Positions 37,495 through 49,726 of a DNA stretch of 64,000 bases are shown one piece after another. Source of the DNA: Squalus acanthias. Taxonomy: Eukaryota. The notes under the pieces are model-generated. The model saw only the letters and a list, made by a program, of their open reading frames with translations. It was not told the origin of the DNA and did no database searches. The DNA lies in NCBI GenBank assembly GCA_030390025.1, contig CM059445.1, positions 48,236,001 through 48,300,000 of the forward strand, read 5' to 3'. Position numbers and translations under genes: made by a program. The stretch's first letter is position 1. Each line of letters starts with the position of its first letter.

Positions 37495-38065
37495 ATGTTA
37501 GCGGTAACTAGATCGATCATAATTCTGGATTTTTTCCTCCTGTTCACCGAGTCCACTCTCTCTATGGAAAGTCAGTTGGTCACTCCGGTCCGGCTCCACG
37601 CTGCATCCAGAGAGAAGCACTTCTTGCAAAGAAACACCGAAGATGTCCAGCTGCGGAAAGTGGCTTTTAAAATCAAGGCGTTCGACGAGGAGTTTTATTT
37701 GAATTTGGTGCCCGACTCCAATTTCCTGGCGCCGGCGTTCACCGTGCAGGCGCTGGCCGCACCTCCCAGTCCCGCCTGGGGTACCAGTCTCAGCCACTGT
37801 TTCTATTCGGGCTCTGTCAACGCCGACCCGGGATCTTTTGCAGCTGTCAGCCTGTGCGACGGGATGCACGGAGCTTTTGGTTCCAACGGATCGGAGTATC
37901 TCATCCAACCGCTTAAAAACCAGAGCGGGACCCCGGCCGGCGCAGGTGCCGACAGCACTCACGTTATCCGCCGCAGGAGCGCCCCCATCCCCTCGGTTAA
38001 CGCCACCTCCAGATGCGGCGTGAGTGGGACCCACGCCAATGTAGAAGTCCTCGAGAAATTTAAAG
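37495..38065 (+). CDS. ADAMTS15: ADAMTS15-like coding exon 1 (signal peptide and prodomain)
   Basis: ATG at 37495 (MLAVTRSIIILDFFLLF); LVPDSNFLAP, CFYSGSVNADP, SRCGV cysteine-switch-like; AAG|gtgatc donor, phase 1, joins the next exon in frame. Confidence 0.88.
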
Positions 38066-39229
38066 GTGATCTGATTTTTTTTTATTTCGCTAGCAAGAGC
38101 ATTTTCAATTGCAGATTCATTTAAATTTAGGAGGCGCGTCAAAATCTCTTTCCCTGATTTACGTCAAATCTACATCAGAATTCCCTGTCACACATTTGTA
38201 TTGCAGCTGCAATGACATTGAAACATGTTGGGGTTCCTTTAAACTGATTATATTTTACTGAATTGCATTTTAATTTTTAATTTAACGTAGGTTTTGTCTG
38301 CAGTCAGCACTTTTGGATTTGTCAATTTCGGCAACTGACTGGGTCGGGAAGCGACCAGCCGGTCAGTTACATCAGGAAGTCGGGAACAACATTGTGCGCA
38401 TTGCTCTTCCACATCTGCAGACTCAGCCGTTTAGCATAATTTCCTGCAGTTCTGACTTTATATGGGTAAAATATTTATCAAATGCAATAAAACACATTCT
38501 CTGACATGTCCGAGGCAACCACTGCAAATGCGCAACGTGCCTTTTGTAAGAAGATGTTGCACCCTGTAACTGCAGCTGCAGTCACTGTGATTACACTTGG
38601 CGCTAACGGGATTGCGGTTTCCAGAACCATTTTTTCTTGCTGCAAAGTGAAACTTCGCCTTTCCTTCCCACCCGAGCTCCCCAGTCCTTCTCTCTGGGCA
38701 GTTGACATTCAGCTGAAGTTTTTAAGCTCCTTCTTTGCACTGGTTATGTCAGGATGCAGTGCGCATGTGTTCTGCCCCCTTACTGTATATCGACAGAGGG
38801 GCTGAACCCTGCATTTCACGTGATCAAACTTGTCATGTGTGACCCCCACCCCGCACTGCAGCTGTGCATTTTCTCCACATCTGTTACCGCCCTGTCACAT
38901 TGGCGGGAGTGGGGTGTTTCTAATGCTCTGGTGATTGTGATATCGCTTCTTTATGATTCTCAGAGCCATGATGAGCTTTCACTCCTTAACAGCGGCGGCG
39001 GGTCAAACATCTTGCAGCTGAATCATTGACGGACCAACAGTATCCCCATGACTGGAATGGCTTTAGCTGTTAACCCTTTGGAGGCTGTAGGACCAGTTCT
39101 GCACAATGACGTTCCACATTTCCCGGTTTAGTTAATTCAGACCCATGTTTAGTTTCAATATCAAGCGTTTACTTTGTCGTAATCTGCAGCCAAAGGGGGG
39201 AAAAAATGACGCTGCAGTATTACATGCCA

Positions 39230-40120
39230 CAGAACTGCCGTACTGCCTCTGTGCTGTCAGACTGCTTCTCCGACATCCAGTCTTGGATCAGCCGCAATTT
39301 TCTACAGATGTTGTGAAGACCGAAGCCGAGCCTCCGCCACTCCGTACACTTGCCGCTGACTCCATCCCCCTCCCTGGCCACTATCGGGCTGAAGGTGGAA
39401 CTAGACTGTTTGCAACCTTGGCAGCCTATTTGACCTTGAGCTGAGCTTCCGACCCCATATCCCTTCCATTACAAAGGCCGCCGACTTACACCTCGGTAAC
39501 ATCGCCCGCCTCCACTTTTGCCTCAGTTTATCTGCTGTCGAAACCCTCATCCACGCTTTTGTTACCTCCAGATGTGACCACTCCAGTGCTCTCCTGACCG
39601 GCCTCCCATCTTCCACCTTCAATACACTTGAACTCATCCAAAACTCTGCTGCCCACACCCTAACCCGCACCAAGTCCCGGTCACCCACCACCCCTGTGCT
39701 CACTGACCTACATTGGCTCCCGGCCCACCAACGCCTCGATTTTAAAATTCTCATCCTCCTGTTCACATCCCGACATGGCCTCGCCCCTCCCTATCTCTGT
39801 AACCTCCTCCAGCCCTACAACCCTCCAAGATCTCTGCATTCCCCCAACTCTGGCCTCTTGTCCATGCACCAATCCCCTCACCCCACCATTGGCGGCCATG
39901 CCTTCAACCGTCTAAGCCATGAACTCTGAAATTTCCCCATCCCTCCACCTCACTCTCCTCCCTTAAAACCTATCTCTTTGACAAAGCTTTTAGTCACCTG
40001 TCCTAATATTTCCTTCTTTGGCTCAGCATCACTTGTTTGTTGTCTTATCATGCTCCTGTGAAGTGCCTTGGGACAGTTTCCTTGTTGAAGGTGCTATATA
40101 AATGCAAGCAAGTTGTTGTT
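39230..40120 (+). mobile_element. L2-clade LINE 3' fragment
   Basis: Degenerate ORF2 end (ETLIHAFVTSR, IQNSAA, LHWLP...RLDFKIL...APPYL); tail GTGCTATATAAATGCAAG..(GTT)n. Confidence 0.82.
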
Positions 40121-40809
40121 GTAGCTCAGATCATACGTGATGGATTGCTTTATTGTCACTTCACCCCCCCCCCCCAAACAACCCCACCCACCCTTACTCC
40201 ATCTCTACCACTGTCTCACAAAGTGGGATGATAATTAAATCTAAGACAAACCTTTATTGTAGAAAACTATTCAACATATTTGGCGACTGCGTAAGTACCA
40301 TTTTGATGAATGCCTTCAAAACCGCTTAAGAGCACATTGCATCTCTCCTCCCCTATTCATATCAACTAGACTAAAATTATAAGGTTAAGCCTATCCTCTA
40401 GTAACCAATATTTACCCTCAATGCACAGCCTAGGATACGAGGGAATCCAGGACAATTGGAATGAGGTTATCTAACTTAATTAAGATCTTTCTGTAGCTTT
40501 ATGAAAATGACTGTGCTGTGCCTTATAGCTTTCACTGGTGGATTAAAAACAAACTCTCCTTATACTGTATATCACTTAGAACATTAATTATTAATCATAA
40601 GGTAATTTCTGCTGAGAACAATTTGTGACACAATACTTTTGTCACCTCTCTTTTGGACAAATTCAGCTTGCCCTTAACTGAACAGGACTAATGACTAACT
40701 GGCAGTGAGTTAAATGGTGCAATTCAATCATGGAATTCTATTCTGTTTATGAACCACTTGAGATTTGGAGATTTCTGAGGTTATCAGAATCACCTGATCA
40801 GTAGCTTCC

Positions 40810-41230
40810 CTGATACCTTAGTGGGTAAATGCACTGTGTGTGTTTTTGGTGCTAAGCCATAAAGAGTCAAAGGCCTCGGGTCGATTCCTCAACTATGTTG
40901 AGTTAGCTGATCTTGCCTGGACTAGCAATTGGGATGCTACAATTGTCTTCAGTATTCCGGCCTAGGGAGATAATAAAATTCAGCTGGAATCCCTGTTCCC
41001 GATTAATGTCCAGCATCCCCTGGCAGAAAATGGGTGTATATGGATATCAGGTAAGTAACGGATTGGATACAGTTTGATGCCTATTGATGCTTGAATAGTC
41101 TGCCAGTATTTACTGTCCAGCTTCACACATGAAGAATGGCCATTTGGACAAGTTACCCCCAGATGGCTGTCAGGTCCAGCCAAACTTTACCCCAGTAAGA
41201 GTTGGCACCTTTAAGAGAAAAGGAGGGTGA
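40810..41230 (+). mobile_element. Ancient SINE, AmnSINE2-like
   Basis: AGTGGGTAAATGCACTG...TGTTGAGTTAGCTGATCT...GCTACAATTG...CACACATGAAGAATGGCCA resembles my recollection of AmnSINE2; diverged relatives at 54150-54520, about 15215-15310 and 44505-45080. Confidence 0.55.
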
Positions 41231-42951
41231 AATAATAATTTACATTGGAGTAGAGGACAGCGTGTTACTTAAACAGATCTCCATTCTCTATCCAGTACAA
41301 AGTGCACTGGGATATCCATTATAATATTCGTAAGTAGGACAGTTTTTAAATTTGATGGATCGATCTTGGCAGTGAACTCTCATGCAGTATTGCAGCTCTT
41401 TATTAAAGAAAGGGGATGTTATGACACATTTGGTGCTCACATAGCTGATTAGGTCACTTGATTCCATTCATTTATTTTACTAATATAAATCTTCCATCTT
41501 TCTATGCATTTCTATAAAAATTTTTTGTAACATTTCTTATTTTCCTTTTTCAGAGAGAGTCCTACCTCATGCACCAACCCTGGCTGACAGCATTGCCAGA
41601 TCAATTTATTGTAAGCAGTTTATAGAAGGACAGAGCTATGCAGGGGGGATGGGTGGGTTCAATGCTTCCACCAAGGCTAACATCTCACCATTCAGATCTC
41701 TGGAGACCAAACAGTTTGGGCAAATTCATTGTTTCTATACATGCAATGTGCTGTGTTCTATACAATAACCCAATGGTACCAGGCCTGTGGTCCTAAGAAA
41801 GAGAAAAATGGAGCCCAGTTTTACATTTTTAAAATGAAACAACTTCAAGACATGTGAGGTTTTCTTACTACAGAGAGCTCATAAAATCTGGAGCTACAGG
41901 AGCACCAAAAGGGCCACTATAATGGCTCATACTGATTTGATGTTTCAATGTGCTGAAGATGATGATGAAGCATTTATCAATATTGTTCCACATGCTTTGT
42001 GATCACCATAACTAGCAAACCTAACACACAGTACATTAGCTCATTCAGCACTGTTATATTTGTCACTTATCTAATTATTTTCCATGCTGACCGGCTGACT
42101 GAAAATGGATTTCGTTATTTGACTTTCTTTAAATTCAAGTGAAAGTCTATTGATCAACAGATCAGCAAGATTAACATTGACATTAACATTGTTTTAAAGC
42201 AATTTTCTACTTGCAACTTTGTGTGCTCCATCTCCCATAGATGTGGATGGTAGATAGTAAATACATTAAGGGCCATTAGGGCCATTTAAATAGATCAACT
42301 CCAATACCCACCTTCTCAGCATATCCTTCATTCTCTTCTCTCTACAAAAAGGCATCTCATTGCCTCTTGAACCCAGTAAAATAATTGGTGGATAGCTATT
42401 TAAAACGATTATTTTTGATGAATGGGATTTGGCAAGTCTGACCGTGGATAGGCAGCTACTGAACCCAGCTTTAATTGGCATTATGGTTAGCAATGTAATT
42501 ATGTCCTTGTATTTTTAAACTGTGTATTTAGTTTAGGGGCATGCCAGTGTTGCTGGCTCTTGACACACTTGTCAGCAGTTATCCCGAAGTGTATTTGCCA
42601 GATTTGCTAATGCTGGCCATTTTAACAAATTCTCCCAGCTTAACAATCTGGCAACTTCACCTTGGTATTGCTGCCAGCTTTATAAGATGGGCATTTTGGG
42701 ACTTGGTGGCACTGGTATGCCAAGAAATCCACTAAAAAAGCAATTTTACAATACTGTCGTACCTATGGCTGGGTATCTATATCATCAGGTGCATATTCCA
42801 TTCAGGTGCAAGTTCTATCGTTGTACATGAAGATCTTGTTTTGTTTGTGGGTTAAGTTGTACTCTTAAAACAAATGTCTATTTAATAAAGGTAAGCATTA
42901 GCATAACCAGCATCAGACGCCTGCTAACATTTTAAATTTTCTCTTTTAAAG

Positions 42952-43340
42952 CATCCCATACCATGGATCCTTCACCTAAAGGGGAACTTGCGGGTAAAAA
43001 GTCCGGTAGATCCAAGCGTTTTGCATCAGTTCCCCGTTTTGTGGAAACCTTAGTCGTGGCCGATGAGTCCATGGCCAACTTCCACGGTGACGACCTTAAA
43101 CACTACGTCCTGATGTTAATGGCAGTGGCAGCCAGGTTATACAAACACCCCAGCATATTGAACCCTGTCAGCGTTGTGGTGGTGAAGTTTATGGTCATCA
43201 ATCATGAAGACAAGGGCCCGAAAATCTCCAGCAATGCAGCGCTAACTCTGAGAAACTTTTGTGCGTGGCAGAAGAAGTTTAACAAGGCCAGCGATAAGAA
43301 TCCCGAGTACTATGACACTGCAGTCCTTTTCACAAAACAG
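42952..43340 (+). CDS. ADAMTS15: ADAMTS15-like coding exon 2 (furin site, start of metalloprotease domain)
   Basis: ctcttttaaag|CA acceptor; SGRSKR|[18 protein letters not shown]...[15 protein letters not shown]...DTAVLFTKQ; CAG|gtatgt donor. Confidence 0.92.
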
Positions 43341-44722
43341 GTATGTTCCTTCATCCCCTTTTCTATTGTGATTGATGACCTGTCAGTACCCATTAAGAGC
43401 ACTGAAAAGTCAGTCTCCAGTTTGGTGGTGTCTTATCAGCGTATGTTCCTTGTCTGCACAGACCTTTCCTCGCTAGAATACTGAACGATTCTACGGCCCA
43501 AGACGTGGCTGTACTGTCAGTTCCACCTGGACAGCTCAAACAACACTCCCCTTCTGCTCCATTCCCTACATCCTGCTTCATCAGAAATTTGACTTGTCAC
43601 TAAAATGCAACAAGTTTAATCTCTGTGCCATGCGACAAAATACACTCGGTGTTGCACTGCATAACCTGCTAATGTCTAATATATCACGCACTGTGGTTCC
43701 TTCTCTAATACAAGAAAATGTGTAAAGCACCCAATTTATACCATAATTTTACAATGCTTCCAAAGAAAATGTATCAGAGAGGATCTAGTGCAGCTCTTCT
43801 TATGCATATACAGTAAAAAAAATCCACTGTAATTTTAGTAATTCATAGTTATATAATATTTTGTGTCAATGCGTTATTCATTGAAGGGAAATGACTGAGT
43901 TAGGATGGGGTCATTATGCTATTGCAGCTTAAGAGGTTCTGCTTCCCATTTATTTCAATAGCTCCATATGCATCTTATTATTGTTATGGAGGATAGGTAC
44001 CAGGTACAAAAATCTTAGCAATGAGCTGGACGAAACTGGCTCTTTAATTAGCATGTCCTATTCAATGCAGGCTCATGCATTTTTGTTTTTATAGATCAAA
44101 ATTCAACATGCCAGAACAGCTCTATTTCTAGACCACTGGAGCATTGACCCTGAAACTCGTGTCTGCTCTTCTTCATTTGGACAGCTTGTGTGTTTTATCC
44201 TGTCAATCATTGACTACTAATGTCTCTTCAGGTTCACAAAACCAGTTTTTTGATGGTTTGGTTATTAATGGCACATGTTCAGTTTGGACACTTACTCAAT
44301 TAAATATATACCAGGTCAGACGAAAATAGCAACGCTAAATCAGTCTTTAACCTGATCCAATCAGATAATGTTTAAACACCGTAACAGGGTTTGTGAGAAG
44401 TGATCTAGCCAACTGAATAGAAACAAGATTGATTACATTTTTGCTCTTGATATTCAGACTCAAGTAAAATCAATCGAAATCATTAAAAAATGTTGTTTCA
44501 TTTTTTGCTCCCTTTTTTTTTCTTTTGCTCGGATACAGTTCCAAGTGTACAAGCAGCCCTCTGGCACCTCTCCACACGAGTCATTCTGAAGTAGCCTACG
44601 CAATGAGTGTCAGCAGACTATTCATTTATGGAGAGCATCACAAGATGAGCTCGATTCTGTTCTTTGATGCCCATGCAAGTGTACGGCAGGGGTCGTTGGA
44701 TAGCAAATAAGAGTGGGACCCT

Positions 44723-45005
44723 AAATAACAACAGAAAACGCTGGAAAAACTCAGCGGGCCAGGCAGCATCCGTGGAGAGAGAAACAGAGTTAACGTTTCA
44801 GGTCAAAGACCTTTCGTCAGAACTGGAAAAAAGCAGGAAATGAAATAGATTTCATTTCCTGCTTTTTTCCAGTTCTGACGAAAGGTCTTTGACCTGAAAC
44901 GTTAACTCTGTTTCTCTCTCCACGGATGCTGCCTGGCCCGCTGAGTTTTTCCTGCGTTTTCTGTTGTTATTTCGGATTTCCAGCATCCGCAGTATTTTGC
45001 TATCG
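44723..45005. mobile_element. Palindromic Penelope-like element remnant, family A, with hammerhead motifs on both strands
   Basis: About 123 bp near-perfect inverted arms centred near 44848; 15 bp direct repeat TAAGAGTGGGACCCT at 44708-44722 and 45006-45020; interrupts an older SINE. Confidence 0.82.
44871..44907 (+). ncRNA. Minimal type I hammerhead ribozyme motif (mirror copy on minus strand at 44788-44824)
   Basis: AGTT-CTGACGA-A-AGGTC-TTT-GACCT-GAAAC-GTT-AACT. Confidence 0.68.
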
Positions 45006-46265
45006 TAAGAGTGGGACCCTGCCTGATTTAATTTTCCACTCTCCGAGCCCAAAGACACTGAGGTAAATTGTACCACGACTGCTATTATTGGCAGAAGTCT
45101 GTATTCTTGCTGTGACTAGTGTTATTGGGAGATCATTGGTTTTGCAGAGCTGCAAGCTTTGTTTGTATGCACTATGATCACAGGTATTTGCATGTGCTTT
45201 TCTAGTCCTATTATGATTTAGAGGGACAGATCAACTGATACATTCCAACCTTCTATCCTGAGATAGGTTGAACCAGGTATTTCAAAACTCCAATCACCAT
45301 GGTACTGCACTTGCTTTCTGAATGTATCTCTACTTACACATGTAGCTTTCACAGCAGACATGGGTTTTGGGTGAGATGTGCATGAGTTCTGCTTCCCTTC
45401 AGCTCCAGATGTATCCTCATGTCAATATTTCTACATTTCCTGTTAACTTCTAAATTTATTTTTGACACAAAATATCAGGGAAAAATTAGAAATGCATAAT
45501 TTGTTAACCTGTTTTCAGCATTTCTGTTCTCCTCCTCCCAGACCAGACACCATTTACTTTCTCATGCTCTGTTCTGTTATTGTATACCACGGTCACTTGC
45601 CTTTCCATAACTCTTGTTTTCATGCCTTACTGGCTTTGTTCCCAGGTTTGAAGCAGCTCCACTCTGCGATTATAGGGTCCTTTCCTCTGATGCATTCAAA
45701 GCCAAGGTTCACTCTCTAAAACTTAAGAGAGCAGATGCTCTAACTATAAACTTTGTAAGAACATAGGAAGTAAAAAAAAAATGTTGTCATCCGTTTAGCT
45801 GCTGTTCAGGTCTAAGTCTTGGTTATGTTCGAATCAGGTCTTGTAAGTAGCCATGTGATGTAGTTTGCTTGCGATATACTAGAGTATAAGCAGTGTTTAC
45901 TAACCTTGTTCATGACTACATTGTCGTCTACTGAACCTCCCTAGAAAACCATGCTATTTACAGCCGGAACCACCTATTTTAGTCAAATCACCTGATTTTT
46001 GAACCATCCAGGTTGTTTGGTCATTATACATGGCCATATGCAAAGCTCAACTCAACGTGAGCAGTAATTCTTTGTGCTGAAATGGTATTAGAGGGGTTGG
46101 AGATTTAAGAGATAGTTGGGATGGAGTTTGTGACATCTTCTCAAAACTTGTAGTATAGAATCATAGATTAGTACAGCACAGAAGGAGGCCATTCGGTCCA
46201 CCGAGTCTGCAATTGGTGTGGCCAAAAGCACATTCTTTAGGCATCTAGTTCCTGCATCACTCACT

Positions 46266-46847
46266 GGGGGTTGCACATTTCTCACCTGACAAATGGGCGG
46301 ATGGCAGCTGACGATTGGGGGGGAGCGAGCACCTCAGTCCAAGGCTCGCCGAATGCAATTTTCAGGTGGGCCAGTAAATGGACAAACAGCACGCCCGCCC
46401 GTTTCCAGTGGGGAGGCTGTTCAAATATGCAAATCGAGGATCTACGCTGTTGTAGGACCCGATTGTAATTTGAAGTACAGACGGGTGGAACGTGAGCTGC
46501 GCACGCTCTGCCCATTTGAACCAGGCGGTAAGCGGTCTAACCAGCGCTCCTTAAAGGGACTGCCGGTGACCACTGCAAACTATGTTTCTTCACTGCCGGC
46601 CGGTGCTGCCCTCCCTCGGGGATTGGCTCCTTCCCACACCCCCAAGGCGTGGTCTGCCATCCGGCTCAGCATAGTAACCGGCCCATTTCCAGCCCTCCCA
46701 CAACTGAGTGCCCATTTGTTGCAGCTCACCAACTACGTTCAGACGAGGCCTGAACCTCAAGGTGGGTCAGGCCTCCTGATGCCAGTTTCGGGCAGGTGAC
46801 CCGCCCACTTCTCGCCCGTTGAGGGTGGAAGTTGACGATTCTCCAGC
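46266..46847. mobile_element. Probable diverged MITE-like element (related fragment at about 5995-6290)
   Basis: Shares GGGAGGC(T/A)GTTCAAATATGCA(A/G)ATCGAGG with 6181-6209; GC-rich block with degenerate GGG/GCC ends. Confidence 0.45.
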
Positions 46848-47727
46848 CTGTGTCGGCGTGTGTTGCCATCTTTTCCACATCGGTTGCTAGCACTTACCAG
46901 ATGGGCACAATGAAAAAGATAAAGCATGAGCTTATTAACCGAAGGATAACCACAAAGCCATTGCTTTAGGTACAGTAGAATCGGTTTACAATGAATTCTG
47001 ATATGGTGGAACTGAGTTTCTGTTGGAAAATGGCAATCTCCCAATTCACTTCATGTGTAACCAAACTAAATTGTGCTTCTGTTACATTCAAAAAAACGAA
47101 CTCATTATGGTGGAACTCTGACCATTAATTTTCCATTGTTTAATCGGTCAGGGGCTGTGGAATGCACGCCGCAGATCAGTGGAAACTCCATTCACAAAGT
47201 GTTTAATTTCTGTCTGCACACTGACTGGAACCTGGAATTTACGCTGTGTGATATTATCATAAAAATGCTTAATGCATTAATGTCAAATTCCTCTGTCATT
47301 AAATAGATGTGTTAGCTGGTTTATTTAAAAAGTTAATGCTTCTGTTAAAGGATTGGACAAAGGAATGTGTTAAGTGATTTTACCATAATATATAAACCTG
47401 GAAATTGTGATGTGTGATAACTCTTAACTTTCACTTCCATAGTCAGGGTTACTTTTTTTAAATGTTTTATATTCATTAAGAGTTTGATGTCCTGCAGTAT
47501 CAGTTGCTTTGGTTTAAGAAGTTCCTACAAATGTGACTCTACCTTCACCTGTAACTTAAATAGCTCCTGACTAAGTGAAATTGTGTTCTGATAGGCAACC
47601 TCTCCTTTTAAAATCGGTTCTACTGTCCAATGTACACTTACTTGAAAACGCTCCTAAGTTAGCAGCTATTGCATAACCATAAACTAACAAACTTTCATGT
47701 TCTTTACAGGGGAATTGTTGCAACTCA

Positions 47728-47960
47728 CTTTTTTTTCCATTCATTCATGGGATGTGAATGTCGATGGCAAGGCCAGCATTTATTTCCCATCCCTAGTTGC
47801 CCTTGAAAAGGTGGTGCTGAGCCGCCTTCTTGAAGCGCCGTAGTCCGTGTGGTGAAGGTGCTCCCACAGTGCTGTTGGGGAGGGAGTTCCAGGATTTTGA
47901 CCCAGCGACGATGAAGGAACGGTGATATAGTTCCAAGTCAGGATGATGTGTGATAGGGGG
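47728..47960 (-). mobile_element. 3' end of the same LINE family
   Basis: RSFIVAGSKSWNSLP...FKKAAQHHL-stop followed by GGGATGGGAAATAAATGCTGG...CACATCCCATGAATGAAT. Confidence 0.72.
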
Positions 47961-48951
47961 GGAAGATGCAGAAGAATTGTGTGCCACTTTTGTCACAATG
48001 GCGGAACTGTGTGTTTGCAAACCTATACCTCGTCTATATTACCGTAGTGCGCCTAGAGGCAGCTCTACCTTTTAGATGTTCTGGAGGCGAAGCACCAATG
48101 ATGGCAAATCTAAATCTGTGTTGTGGCTGATTGCTGGCGCTGCCATTTAACTCTGCTTGTGAGTAGCTGAGCTATCAACCTGCCCGTACAGGCTAGCAGA
48201 TTTCACACTGATGTTGAGGAATGCTTATGGCTAAAATACCGAGGCCTGGCGACGCTATGTAAAGCGCTGGAAACATTGCTGCATTTTGGATGCCAGCGCC
48301 CCACATAATCAGGCATGGGGACCCTGAGGTCTGTTCCTTAATGTGATGAGTGCAGTGAGATGCGGGTGCGTAGTGGAAGCCTGCACATTGGCTGTGCACG
48401 AGGTTCATTTAAGGCCCCGCATTTAGTTTTAAATTAGGGAGATCGCTCCACAATGCTGTTGGAGCATCTGAGCGGCATTCTGGGTAGGCTTGGCATCCAT
48501 TGTTGGGTGCTTCAGGGGAGGCCAGAAGAAAAAAGGAAAATGTGCCAACTGGGTGGCCTGTTCTTTGGCCTGAAGGGTATAGACACCCTTCCATTGTGGC
48601 TGGGACAAAAATGGCAGCAAGTCAAGGGCAGCCCTTTAACGGCTGGCACCTTAGATTCCAGCTGTTGACCCCCATGGCACTCCAGCATCTTATTTGGTAA
48701 ACATCAGGAGCAGCACAGAATGTTCAAATTAGTTGGCTTCACATTATTACACAAAGTCATCTCTGTGAGCATGAAAGCAGCATGCACAGCGCCCGAGGAG
48801 CTGTGGTTCCCGTGGCACAGCAGCGGAACCACTTTATTCACCCCATAACATTGCAAACGTGACTGTTGAGCAACAGCGCATGCCAACGTTGCACATGCAC
48901 AGTTGCTGTAATGTTGCATTTGTGACTACTGAACAGCTTTGCCACATCATT

Positions 48952-49726
48952 GGCCGGAATTTGCGGCCGGAGGCGTACCTCCGGAGTAGGCCTCCCGAAA
49001 AAAAATTCGGACCTACCTGCTGGCTCCCGGGCTTCGGAGACTTCGGGTCCTGGGCCTGTGGGCGTATGCCTGCGTAAAGGCCCACGGTTCCCAGGGACGC
49101 AGGCGGTTCAGAAGCGTCCCTGGGATCACGTGGGCCAGGTCCTCCAATCAGAAAGGAGGATTCCTCAGATGCTTATGGGGACTCCATTTATGAACGGAAT
49201 CCCCATTAGCATATGAGGAATCCCCAAATAATTAAATAATTTACACAACTGGAATAAAAATAAATGTTCCCATTTTAAATTTAATTAAAAGCCCCTTTAA
49301 TGAAGCATTTACAATAAAAATGTAATAAAAAAAAAATAATTTTAAACATTTTAATCTGGGCCAAAATTTGCATAAACTAATTTTAAATGTTTGTGGATGA
49401 TTTTTTTATTTTTAACTTTTTAATTTTACATTTATATTAAACCTTACGCTGGTGAAAGCAGGCACTACACCTGCTTTTACCAGGCATAAGGGTTTTGTGG
49501 GCATTTGCTGGGCAGTAGCTGGGCAAATAGCCCAACTCTGCGCCAGCTAAAGTGATTTTTGGGTCAGTCCGGTAGATCTCTCAAGGCGAACCTTGACAGA
49601 TCGCAAGTTCCGGGTTTTCGCGCATGCACAGCGCACACGGAAACCCGGAACTCGCGGGGCCTTTTACCAGGCTTACGACGGCGTACACTGAGCGTAGTCC
49701 GTCATCAGCCCCCCAAAATCCGGGCC
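48952..49726. mobile_element. MITE-like element, subfamily M2
   Basis: Termini GGCCGGAATTTG and CAAAATCCGGGCC; collinear with 11771-12529. Confidence 0.78.

Larger units (their letters stand above)
44505..45080 (-). mobile_element. Ancient AmnSINE2-like SINE interrupted by the 44723-45005 palindrome
   Basis: Reverse-complement similarity to the 40810 and 54150 copies on both sides of the insertion. Confidence 0.5.
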
